Of a stretch of 64,000 nucleotides of DNA, positions 49,072 through 57,943 are shown piece after piece. The first letter of the stretch is position 1. Each line of letters begins with the position of its first letter. The position numbers were made by a program, and so were the translations under genes. Source of the stretch: a virus. The notes below the pieces were generated by a model, which searched no databases, was not told the DNA's origin, and was given only the letters and a program-made list of their open reading frames with translations. The stretch covers positions 31,033-95,032 of the IMG/VR virus record IMGVR_UViG_3300045988_078724. One strand, written 5' to 3'.

Positions 49072-49734
49072 TCATTTCAGTTCTTTAACTAAAGCATCCG
49101 CATATATTACAGCTAATTCAGCCGCCTTATCACACGCTTCCAATATTAATTCACCGTGAGGTCCACGTCCTGATACGGATGTGATCGGAAGCATGGTTTT
49201 TGCCATCTCGTATCTACGTTGTTCCCAATCTACATGGGTGTTACACGGTTCTTGATTGACCTGTATATATCTTCCTTCAATATTAGAAGATCTTAATGTT
49301 TCCGCATTCTCTTCGCCGAATGCAACCAGAATAGACCCACATCCTGGACTTTCACCTATTGTTCCATCTTCTCTGTGGAATTTTATCCTTCCTTTCATGA
49401 ACAATATACCTTTTGCTTTCGGGAATACAACATCCTGAAACATCTTATTGTCAAGACGATTAAAAAGAAGAGCTATTCCGTTATTGTGCTCTACCATACG
49501 AGTAATAAAATGCTCTATAGTCGGTCTTGAATAAGGTGGGTTTAACCATACCCTTCCTTCCCATTTTTGTTTTAATCCATCTTGCTCTTTGTTATACATA
49601 ACCCTGGCTGTCCTCCATAACGGACGCATAGGCGCACATGGATCTAAATCAAATTCCCCTAAAGCGTCTATAATTTCTTTAGGTGTGTACCATTCATCTG
49701 TACTGTTTTTAGATTTCTCAAATGATGTATTCAT
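49072..49734 (-). CDS. dam: DNA N6-adenine methyltransferase (phage Dam family)
   Basis: DEWYTPKEIIDALGEFDLDPCAP ... GRVWLNPPYS: DPCA and NPPY motifs. Confidence 0.85.
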   Translation of the reverse strand: MNTSFEKSKNSTDEWYTPKEIIDALGEFDLDPCAPMRPLWRTARVMYNKEQDGLKQKWEGRVWLNPPYSRPTIEHFITRMVEHNNGIALLFNRLDNKMFQDVVFPKAKGILFMKGRIKFHREDGTIGESPGCGSILVAFGEENAETLRSSNIEGRYIQVNQEPCNTHVDWEQRRYEMAKTMLPITSVSGRGPHGELILEACDKAAELAVIYADALVKELK

Positions 49735-49752
49735 ATATCTATGTTTTATAAG

Positions 49753-50415
49753 TTAATCCCATCCTCTAGTAGTGTACAAAGATACATCTTCCTCCTCTAC
49801 GTTTACACCTTTAATAGCCTGTAGAAGTTTTTTCTTTGTCTCCCGGCACATATTGTAACCATATCCTTTATACCGATATGAGCGCTCCCATGTGCTTACT
49901 GGAAAAGGAATATTTTCGTCAATGACCAGCCTCTTCATATGAAGATGTTCGAAGAATTTCTCATGATAGAGTAGTTTGTACTCGTATGCTACTATACTTG
50001 CAGATGAGAATGGAAAATAATCATCTTCTTTTTCTTCGTATTTGGGCTCCTTGTAGTAGGCCATTTTTGCCACAGTAAAATCGAAGCTCCTAAGAATCTC
50101 TTCTGGCTTTCCAAACTCTGACTCTATGAACTCTATCCATACCTTTTCTCCCTCTTTCTGGAACGCACATACCTTCTCATTTCTGTACTTAAATTTCCAT
50201 CCTTCTTTCTGATGTTTTTCATCATTGAACAAATCAATAGCTTCCTGAAAATTGCTTTCGCTTTCAAAGAAAATATCAATGTCTTTTACTTTTTCTCCGG
50301 AAAGAATATTCTTAAAACATCCACCAGCTATGAATCCTTTGTGGCCTTCCATATACTTGTCAAGCCATCTTATTTGCCAGAAATTATCTGGAGTATCTAT
50401 TACAAAATTATTCAT
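49753..50415 (-). CDS. minimal pol-beta-superfamily nucleotidyltransferase, CCA-adding/poly(A) polymerase head-like
   Basis: GGCFKNILSGEKVKDIDIFF matches GGxVRDxLLGxxxxDxDI head motif of CCA-adding enzymes; only 220 aa. Confidence 0.5.
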   Translation of the reverse strand: MNNFVIDTPDNFWQIRWLDKYMEGHKGFIAGGCFKNILSGEKVKDIDIFFESESNFQEAIDLFNDEKHQKEGWKFKYRNEKVCAFQKEGEKVWIEFIESEFGKPEEILRSFDFTVAKMAYYKEPKYEEKEDDYFPFSSASIVAYEYKLLYHEKFFEHLHMKRLVIDENIPFPVSTWERSYRYKGYGYNMCRETKKKLLQAIKGVNVEEEDVSLYTTRGWD

Positions 50416-50433
50416 ATTGTTTATGTTTTGCCG

Positions 50434-50688
50434 TTACCAAGCGAGATAAAAATTCCGCTTCACAATAATACAGTGAGTGTAATTGCTCAGGTTGATTCCG
50501 TTGTCCGTAAATGTATCCAGGACTCGTTTTTCCACGTATTTGAGTTTTACCATTATCCCCTTCTTAAACACTTCTATTAACTTCTCATTGCACTCAATAG
50601 GCCCAATAAGACAGTATCTATTCGAAGGACTGTCTGATATACAATATGTCTGACATCCTAACATGTTGCTTAAAATATTCTCATACAT
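50434..50688 (-). CDS. hypothetical protein (84 aa)
   Basis: ORF. Confidence 0.4.
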   Translation of the reverse strand: MYENILSNMLGCQTYCISDSPSNRYCLIGPIECNEKLIEVFKKGIMVKLKYVEKRVLDTFTDNGINLSNYTHCIIVKRNFYLAW

Positions 50689-50783
50689 GTTTTTATGATT
50701 TTAATATGATATTTACAAACGTCGAAACTGATAGTGATTCGCCGTATTTGCATTGCTGATTTTGCTCCTTGATTTACCCGTTT

Positions 50784-51521
50784 TCATTCTTCTGAATTTT
50801 CAGCAGTTCCTAAAAGATATTCATTGCCCTCAAAAGGAATGCAACAATCCCATAATGTTCCATTGGAACATTCATGCTTATAAGACAATCCATCAGAATC
50901 GTCCACAATTTCCCTTGCAAACAAGCTGATATGCCATTCTTTATCGTCCTCGTCTCTTACCAGCACTTTGTCAAACGGCTTAAAATCATATTTCGGCTCT
51001 TCTTTAATCCCGAAGAAGCGTTTCAGATATTCTTTTGCTTTAGGATTTTCGCTTTTCTTTAACGCTTTAATCATCTTCTGTTTTTCCGAATCTGTTGCAA
51101 GTCTATAACATTCTATGTGGTTTTCGTGTGCAGCCAAATCATCCAATATATTAAGACTTGTTCCCGCTGCAAGACTCGCATACAAAGATGTTAAATATTT
51201 CCCATGCATATTTAAAATAAAAATATAACTTCCATCTTTGTTGCTTAACACATCTCCATCTTTAAATGTAGTATATTCCGGGACTTCAAGAAGGAGGCGA
51301 TTTTCGCTGCTAAATGCTTTTCCTGTAGCAGAAAACCAATCTGCCGATACAGAAATAGAATGAATTACAACCAATAACGGACAAATTGACGAATTGTCTT
51401 CATATACTATTTCTGCTCTATTTCGTCCTTTCTCTGTCACAATACGACCTGCTATTTCCCCTATGTTTATTTTTTTCGCCGTTTCTAAATCAAACGGGAT
51501 TGTTACCATTTTATATTCCAT
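50784..51521 (-). CDS. hypothetical protein, paralog A of tandem pair
   Basis: Shares PKYDFKPF(D/E)(K/R)VLVR ... CIP(F/Y)EGNE(Y/H)LLGT and N-terminal motifs with 51871..52662. Confidence 0.55.
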   Translation of the reverse strand: MEYKMVTIPFDLETAKKINIGEIAGRIVTEKGRNRAEIVYEDNSSICPLLVVIHSISVSADWFSATGKAFSSENRLLLEVPEYTTFKDGDVLSNKDGSYIFILNMHGKYLTSLYASLAAGTSLNILDDLAAHENHIECYRLATDSEKQKMIKALKKSENPKAKEYLKRFFGIKEEPKYDFKPFDKVLVRDEDDKEWHISLFAREIVDDSDGLSYKHECSNGTLWDCCIPFEGNEYLLGTAENSEE

Positions 51522-51870
51522 AATCTTATTTGTTTTAGTAATTATATACTATTTTACGACATCTATGTTATAAAACATACAGATGTTATTTAATTTCATA
51601 TTCTTCTTTTCTAACTTTGTTTTACTCAATCGAATCACTCAGTCCCTTGTTTCGGACAAGACGGTTGAGTAAAAGAGGTCTTTGATATAAGGTTCCGTCT
51701 TGAAAACGTAAGATGGGTAAAATCAAAAACGTTTTATTCAGTAAAAGAATCCGGTGATCTCACTTTCGAGCAACCGGTAGAGGGTATTGGTGATACCCAG
51801 TATGATACTTCGTACAAATGTATATTGTTTTTCATCTTTGATATAAAATGGTGTATAATCACCTTAGTTC

Positions 51871-52662
51871 CTAAAAATGTTTGTTAGTTCCTAAAAGATG
51901 TTCGTTCCCTTCGTATGGGATACATTGACTAAATCCTACCCCTCCTAAGCATTCGTATTTATTATCTCCTCCTGATTCTCTGGAAAATAGATGCAATTTC
52001 CACCTCTCTTGGTTAGTTCTTCTTACCAGCACCCGTTCAAATGGTTTGAAGTCATATTTCGGCATCTCATCTAATAGATACTCATATTCACTTAAATATC
52101 GTTTTATTATATCTATTTTTCTACTGTCTTCGGCTTTTATAATCTTTTCTGCTAAAAATTTCTTCTCTTCTTCTATAGCCTTTCTTACATACCGATTTTT
52201 ATCTCCGTTATACACATTAGTCCATGTTTTGATATAATCAAACACAATATCTCCAGATGTTACCATTCCACATATACTTCCCATTACCCCTTTGGTAATA
52301 AGTCCATCATATATGAATTGATATCCATTAGCGCTTGTTAATACATCTCCTTTCTTGAAATACGCTCCAGCCTCTACCCTCAATTCCAGAGTGGTGCCGC
52401 CAATAATACAACCTTCCGTGTTGGCATATATAGCACTTATCCCATATCCATCTTTTTTTACAAAAAGCAAATTATAAGGACCTGCACAGTCTTTCGACTC
52501 ATATACAAATTCTATTTCAATATTATCAATTAATACCGAACCTTCTATTTCTCCGCTTTTAATTTTTCTCGCCGTATTTAAATCAAACGGAACAATAATT
52601 GCATTTTCCATATTTTTCTTGTTTTTAGTTGTTATAAAATAAGATGGGTTACTTAAACCCAT
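51871..52662 (-). CDS. hypothetical protein, paralog B of tandem pair
   Basis: see paralog A; 3' end carries a 21-bp tandem duplication. Confidence 0.55.
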   Translation of the reverse strand: MGLSNPSYFITTKNKKNMENAIIVPFDLNTARKIKSGEIEGSVLIDNIEIEFVYESKDCAGPYNLLFVKKDGYGISAIYANTEGCIIGGTTLELRVEAGAYFKKGDVLTSANGYQFIYDGLITKGVMGSICGMVTSGDIVFDYIKTWTNVYNGDKNRYVRKAIEEEKKFLAEKIIKAEDSRKIDIIKRYLSEYEYLLDEMPKYDFKPFERVLVRRTNQERWKLHLFSRESGGDNKYECLGGVGFSQCIPYEGNEHLLGTNKHF

Positions 52663-53714
52663 CCCAGTTGTTTTGCTATTCTCTCCATTTCGTTATATGC
52701 TATCCTATGACATCCAGCGGTTAGCAAATCGTTTTCGTACCGATTTAGACTCCACTGGTGACCGGTGATGTCCTCCACCAGACCGTGCCGAAACTCGGCG
52801 CCCCGGTGCATTGCCGACACAGCCCGCCACAGTTTTCTGGCTTCTGCTATTCCAATCTTTATCTGTTTACTTGTCTCAATAATATTTCCTTTTATACGAA
52901 TCCAGGCGTTAGGTTTTTCACCAGGAATATAGAAAGGTGTATTCAAGAAATTGATTTCTCCTGACTTCCACTCTTCCAGTTTTTCATCAAAATCCTTGTA
53001 ACGGGCTTCTTCTTCCTTTCTTAATCTCTCTAATTTTATTCTTTCTCTTTCTTCCTCACCCTTTCTCCATCTTTCAGATCTTTCTGAATACTTAATCCAT
53101 GTACCTTCCCCGCAAACTTCATCAACAATCACATTTACGGTCCCTAACACTTTTAATCCTTGATGATCTAATAAAATTTGAAAGATGCGTTTTAATTCAT
53201 GTACGTGCTTACGCTTGATACTATCTCCGCTCTTGGATAATTCATGATTGGTTCCAAGCCAATCATTAGCACTCTTTTTAAGGATACTCTTAGCAGTCCC
53301 CATGTTAAAGAACTGAATGTAATCCATCATATTCCCAAAAGCGCCCCAAATATCTGTATAAGATAATTCTGTTTTAGCTCTTTTGTATTTTTCAATAGAC
53401 TTCTTAATTGATTCCAGTTTGCTGGCAACAAACCTCATATTACCAGTATCCGATATATTATCCCCTACACTGAAAACCATTGCCCAAGTTGGTATCGCAT
53501 TACGAACATAGCATTGATGTTTGCTCGTGGTAGCAGAATAATAATCTTCATTTATCAGGTATGCTTTCTTCCCTTGTTTGTTTTTTACTATTCTCCCGAC
53601 TTCAAAGTGATGCCCATAAGAATAAATACTTGTACCTTCAAAGAAGAAATTGCTCCCTGATGCTGATTCTTCTTGTTCATGAGCCCACAAGTGAGCGACC
53701 ATTGAATTGTTCAT
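52653..53714 (-). CDS. hypothetical protein (353 aa) with conserved-looking N-terminus and ER-rich central helix
   Basis: MVAHLWAHEQE...NFFFEGTSIYSYGHHFEVGRI ... GCHRIAYNEMERI. Confidence 0.55.
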   Translation of the reverse strand: MNNSMVAHLWAHEQEESASGSNFFFEGTSIYSYGHHFEVGRIVKNKQGKKAYLINEDYYSATTSKHQCYVRNAIPTWAMVFSVGDNISDTGNMRFVASKLESIKKSIEKYKRAKTELSYTDIWGAFGNMMDYIQFFNMGTAKSILKKSANDWLGTNHELSKSGDSIKRKHVHELKRIFQILLDHQGLKVLGTVNVIVDEVCGEGTWIKYSERSERWRKGEEERERIKLERLRKEEEARYKDFDEKLEEWKSGEINFLNTPFYIPGEKPNAWIRIKGNIIETSKQIKIGIAEARKLWRAVSAMHRGAEFRHGLVEDITGHQWSLNRYENDLLTAGCHRIAYNEMERIAKQLGWV

Positions 53715-53726
53715 ATAAATATCTTT

Positions 53727-54134
53727 TTAATTGTTTAACTTACCTTTATCATATGACATTCTCTTTTCGTATTTTTCAATACGTTCGGTTATCATATCGC
53801 AGAAGACTTGCCCCTCTTTTTCGGAACCTCTGAAGTAACCAACCATCTTCAGAATATTTCCGTCAAATTCATGGACAAACTTGTTATAATAATGTTCACC
53901 CATTACCCGTCCGTATTTTTCTACGAACAAATCCTTGTCCAGTGATTCATCCTTAAAGCAACGGTTGTAATCCCATCTTACGATACGAAACAATGTTTCA
54001 AAATTCAATCTTTCCATATCTTGTATTTTATGGATTTCCTCACATTCTTCATCCGTTAATCCAGTGTAATCATCATTGATTAACGGACAAGCCCAACAAG
54101 ATGGCAACCTGTATCTTATTACTTTTATGCTCAT
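53727..54134 (-). CDS. hypothetical protein (listed ORF trimmed to internal ATG MSIKVIRYRL; upstream extension overlaps TnpB-3 insertion)
   Basis: First ~50 codons of the listed ORF overlap the LE/5' end of TnpB element 3 on the other strand. Confidence 0.45.
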   Translation of the reverse strand: MSIKVIRYRLPSCWACPLINDDYTGLTDEECEEIHKIQDMERLNFETLFRIVRWDYNRCFKDESLDKDLFVEKYGRVMGEHYYNKFVHEFDGNILKMVGYFRGSEKEGQVFCDMITERIEKYEKRMSYDKGKLNN

Positions 54135-54149
54135 AGTTTTATGATTATT

Positions 54150-55385
54150 TAACCAACAAAACCACCATACTTTAGAAGGTAGATGAATTGGTTTGATTAA
54201 TTTTGAATCAAAATTACAGATAAAAAAAATGATTTCATACAAATACAACATATACCATTCCAGGAAAACGAAGTATCTTGTCAAGATGCTTCGTGAATGT
54301 TGTTTTGTATGGAATCATGCGTTAGCTCTACAACGTAGGTATCACAAACTGTTTGGGAAATATATCTCAGTTGGCAAAATGAAGAAGTATTTTGCCAAAA
54401 GAATTAAAAGAAATCTTCTTCATTCTCAAACAACACAAGAAATACTTGAACGTCTTGATGAATCTTATAATCGTTTCTTTAAGAAGTTAGCTAAACGACC
54501 TCCTAAGTTTAAATCACCGGAGAAATTCAACTCTTTTGTTTTCAAACAAGGTGGGTTTACCCTAAATGGTAATAGTCTAACAATTAACAAAGGAAAGAAA
54601 CGATTTAGATTTTCATACAGTAGAGTCTACGAAGGTAATGTTAAACAAATTAGAATAGTTAGAGAAACCTGTTCACGTTTTAGTTTGATTGTAGTTACAG
54701 ATCATAATCCTATAAGCTCTTATAGAAAGACACATGATGGTGCATCTATCGGATTGGATTTTGGACTAAAAACTTATTTAACTAAAAGCGATGGTAGCAA
54801 AATTGATTCTCCTCTATTCTTCAAACAATATCAAAATAAGATTAGAAAACTAAACAAACGGTTTTCTAATACAAAGAAAGGATCCAATAATAGAAGAAGA
54901 AAACTGTTTGAACTCCAACAAACGTATCGTAAAATAAACGATCTTCGATCGGATTTTCAATGGGGATTAGCACACCAGTTATGCAAACAGTATGATTATA
55001 TTTTTATTGAAGATCTAAACATTGAAGGAATGAAACGTTTGTGGGGAAAGAAAGTTTCCGATCTTAGTCATTCTTCTTTTATTGATAAACTAATGTATGT
55101 TTCTTCAAAGTATGGAGTAACGATACACAAGATTGACAAATGGTATCCTTCTTCCAAAACTTGCGAATGTGGCTGCATTAATAAAGGTCTGTCGTTACGC
55201 GACCGCACGTGGGTGTGCCCAGCGTGCGGCGCAATTAACGACCGTGATGCTCTTGCAGCCCGTAATATACTTCGGAAGGGCATTTCCGAATTGGAGAGCA
55301 AGAGTAATTCCAGCGATAGCAACATCGGGGTTTCTTGCGCTTGTATCCAAGAATCCCATTTGCTTTAGCGATGGGAGTATGTCAA
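54150..55385 (+). mobile_element. IS200/IS605-family TnpB-only element 3 (no tnpA)
   Basis: LE-side hairpin ggtttgattaattttgaatcaaaatt (contains TTGAT); right end defined by loss of similarity to the orphan copy after ...gagtatgtcaa (55385). Confidence 0.5.
54229..55368 (+). CDS. tnpB: TnpB-like RNA-guided nuclease with C-terminal zinc finger
   Basis: CECGCINKG...WVCPACGAINDRDALAARNILRKG (zinc finger + RuvC-III); ATG 54229 preferred over listed TTG 54193. Confidence 0.85.
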   Translation: MISYKYNIYHSRKTKYLVKMLRECCFVWNHALALQRRYHKLFGKYISVGKMKKYFAKRIKRNLLHSQTTQEILERLDESYNRFFKKLAKRPPKFKSPEKFNSFVFKQGGFTLNGNSLTINKGKKRFRFSYSRVYEGNVKQIRIVRETCSRFSLIVVTDHNPISSYRKTHDGASIGLDFGLKTYLTKSDGSKIDSPLFFKQYQNKIRKLNKRFSNTKKGSNNRRRKLFELQQTYRKINDLRSDFQWGLAHQLCKQYDYIFIEDLNIEGMKRLWGKKVSDLSHSSFIDKLMYVSSKYGVTIHKIDKWYPSSKTCECGCINKGLSLRDRTWVCPACGAINDRDALAARNILRKGISELESKSNSSDSNIGVSCACIQESHLL

Positions 55386-55405
55386 TAATCTACAGTTACT
55401 ATCTT
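55244..55405 (+). ncRNA. omegaRNA (reRNA) scaffold of TnpB-3 plus candidate guide
   Basis: 3' end of tnpB through right end; ~130 nt repeated with compensatory changes at 61837-61967; guide candidate taatctacagttactatctt (55386-55405). Confidence 0.45.
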
Positions 55406-55766
55406 CAAATACCGGAACCTTCCCTTGTTCTCTAAAATAAGCAGTGGCCACCTTGAAAGCATAAAGCGGATTTACTTTCTGGATTTCTTGTTGTGATTTA
55501 TAGAAAGATAGCGGCTTACATACATAGAAATTTTCATTGCCAAGACTTCCAAAAAGCCAATCCATACCACCTTCATCACAATTAGTGCCACCCAGTATTA
55601 TTAAATCACATCCGGTCTTCCGGGTTCCCAAAATAAATGCCTTGTTCTTATTCTCTGGCTGCATAAATATCTCCTTGTCGATTTTAAACCAGTCGCTCTG
55701 GCGACTCTCCACATCCCGGCGAACTATTTCGTCAATTTCAAGTGCATATTCTTCTTGTGTTTTCAT
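55365..55766 (-). CDS. hypothetical protein (133 aa); last 6 codons encoded by the IS right end
   Basis: C-terminal LTYSHR* is read from 55368-55385, which is part of the repeat shared with the orphan omegaRNA copy. Confidence 0.5.
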   Translation of the reverse strand: MKTQEEYALEIDEIVRRDVESRQSDWFKIDKEIFMQPENKNKAFILGTRKTGCDLIILGGTNCDEGGMDWLFGSLGNENFYVCKPLSFYKSQQEIQKVNPLYAFKVATAYFREQGKVPVFEDSNCRLLTYSHR

Positions 55767-55834
55767 AAGATATGTTATTAAATGTAGTTATATAATTTCT
55801 GGATAAAATCACTCATGGCATCAGCATACACAAC

Positions 55835-56644
55835 CTATTCTTCTAAGCCATTCTCTATCATGACTTCCTTTATCAATTCATCTGTCTCCTCGTAACATCC
55901 CCAGCAAGAATCAACCTCTTCCCATTCTTCGCAATCTTCATCCTCTCTTGATTCGTCTTTGTATTTCTTGGTAAATGCTACCTTCTTTTCAAGAACGTAC
56001 CCTTTTACATCTCCCCACATCCACATACCTATGGACTTTACCTCATTATCTATAATCTTGGCACAATCTTCTTTCCAGTTCTCTTTTTCATTATATATTT
56101 TTTCATATCTATCTTTTGTGACATACGCTATCCCCTCCACATAATCTCCTTGACTATGACCCCTTGTTGACCACTCTTTTACTAATACGTCTTTTTCGTA
56201 TTCGTTTATGATTTTTAATAGATCTTCGTCATCTAAGCATTCTATTAATTCCGTCTTATAATCCAAATCCTCCAAATCTTCTGGAAGAAATTCTTCTTGC
56301 ACGTATGAAAAGCTCTCATGCCTCAATTCCCACAAATGAGTACTTCCATTGTATATAAATGAAACATTATTTGCTTTTCCTTCTTTTAGGTATTTTATAA
56401 TATCTTCCTGCTTTACATGCTCCACCACAATAGCTTCAAGCACATCTCTTAATCTATGATTATTATTGTAGAAGAAAGTTTTCCAATTGCATTCATCATG
56501 TAATCTACTGGTATCGGAATATTCAAAAAAATACAATCCGCACATATCCCAATTAATTATAGGACTTTCACCGCTATAATCGTCATAATAGATCTTAATG
56601 CGATAATTGCCTACTTCTTTTGTTGTAATAATTCTGTCTTCCAT
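55835..56644 (-). CDS. hypothetical acidic protein (269 aa)
   Basis: ORF. Confidence 0.5.
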   Translation of the reverse strand: MEDRIITTKEVGNYRIKIYYDDYSGESPIINWDMCGLYFFEYSDTSRLHDECNWKTFFYNNNHRLRDVLEAIVVEHVKQEDIIKYLKEGKANNVSFIYNGSTHLWELRHESFSYVQEEFLPEDLEDLDYKTELIECLDDEDLLKIINEYEKDVLVKEWSTRGHSQGDYVEGIAYVTKDRYEKIYNEKENWKEDCAKIIDNEVKSIGMWMWGDVKGYVLEKKVAFTKKYKDESREDEDCEEWEEVDSCWGCYEETDELIKEVMIENGLEE

Positions 56645-56650
56645 GTCTTT

Positions 56651-56903
56651 ATGTTTTAAATAGTTCCTAACTTTTTATCAATAAATTCATCTATTGCATC
56701 ATAGTATGAGCCATCACAATTTCCATATTTTTCTGTAAACTCTTTAGCCCACTCTCGAATGATGTTAAACGCCTGTTCCCTGCTATACCTCCTATCCTTC
56801 CAATAATGGTATCATCTCCGTACTTTGTGCTAATTTTATCAGGCATTTCGTCGAAGACAAGGAACTTCGATTCTCCTGACTCTACTAAATATAATAGCTT
56901 CAT
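56651..56903 (-). pseudogene. small gene with apparent frameshift (or sequencing error) near 56815
   Basis: Listed frame ends MAHTMMQ*; alternative frame gives clean helical ...REQAFNIIREWAKEFTEKYGNCDGSYYDAIDEFIDKKLGTI* through 56651. Confidence 0.3.
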
Positions 56904-57024
56904 GATTTATCTCTTTAGATGTGAGTTATGCTGATTTGTATTGTTTTCGTCGTTCACTATCTGACTAATATACGACCCTGGCCACAAACAGGCGGACCGA
57001 CCTCATGGCAGGGCAGGCGCCGCC

Positions 57025-57213
57025 TTACTCTGGCTGTTCTACCCACTCCCTGTATCCTACATTAAAACCAATAGGATCATACCTTTTGATCATAGTGCCA
57101 TAATTCTCTCTACCGCAATACCTGTCCTTTCCTCCAATGATCCATGCCTCATCGTCTCTATCTGGAGATATTGAGTTAAGATACTTCTCATAATCTTTTC
57201 TACTCTTTCCCAT
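57025..57213 (-). CDS. hypothetical protein (62 aa)
   Basis: ORF; GC-rich motif GGCGGCGCCT right after stop. Confidence 0.4.
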   Translation of the reverse strand: MGKSRKDYEKYLNSISPDRDDEAWIIGGKDRYCGRENYGTMIKRYDPIGFNVGYREWVEQPE

Positions 57214-57553
57214 CTTTGTCTTGATTTAAGCAATAGTTAATAAAATAAGCAACCTGTTCATTTTCCCCTGGATTGCTATAATCATAAAAAGTCATATCAG
57301 TATAATCCAGCATGACTACACGAAAATCGTTTTTTTTGGCATACACTTCCGTTAAATACATAGGATTTTCATCAATTTCTATTACCACCGGAAACTGATC
57401 ATCAAAGTCAAATACATCATTAGTTTCTTTAAATTCTTTAAACTCTTTAAATTTTAGCTTTATAATTCCATTGTTTTCTGCTAATGCTTCTTTGATGTAC
57501 TTTAATCTTTTTGCATTCAGACTGGCCTCTGCTTCTTCTATTTCTTTATACAA
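57200..57553 (-). CDS. hypothetical protein (117 aa)
   Basis: ORF. Confidence 0.45.
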   Translation of the reverse strand: MYKEIEEAEASLNAKRLKYIKEALAENNGIIKLKFKEFKEFKETNDVFDFDDQFPVVIEIDENPMYLTEVYAKKNDFRVVMLDYTDMTFYDYSNPGENEQVAYFINYCLNQDKDGKE

Positions 57554-57562
57554 TTTAAGATG

Positions 57563-57907
57563 TTAAAACTCTTGCAGGTTACACTTTACAAGCCGCTTCC
57601 CGTCGTGGAAAAAGTAAGAGTGGTTGCCAAAAGAAAGGAAAATAAGTTCTTTAATACAAGCTTTTGGTATGGTCATTATACCAGAAGCTTGTTCTAATGT
57701 ATTGGAATTACCAACAGCATAATGACCAGCTACAGATATAGATCTCTCATTTTCATGTACAACAATACCATAGCTCTCTATTTCTGATATATCTGTTTCG
57801 TAATCCTCCAGATCTACCCATGTTCTTTCTGATAGGTTGGAATCTATCCACTTAACTAATACCCGCTTGTTTAAAAGCGATTCTTTTTTATGTCTATTCT
57901 TTTTCAT
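57563..57907 (-). CDS. hypothetical protein (114 aa)
   Basis: ORF. Confidence 0.45.
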   Translation of the reverse strand: MKKNRHKKESLLNKRVLVKWIDSNLSERTWVDLEDYETDISEIESYGIVVHENERSISVAGHYAVGNSNTLEQASGIMTIPKACIKELIFLSFGNHSYFFHDGKRLVKCNLQEF

Positions 57908-57943
57908 AACTTGTTATATTGATTTTTTAGTAAACGAAAAGAG

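Noticed and set aside
55365-55766. Possible TnpA (HUH Y1 transposase) adjacent to TnpB-3
   Set aside because: No HxH(U)..Y motif; the gene is on the opposite strand and its 3' end is overwritten by the IS right end, so it is a target gene, not the transposase.
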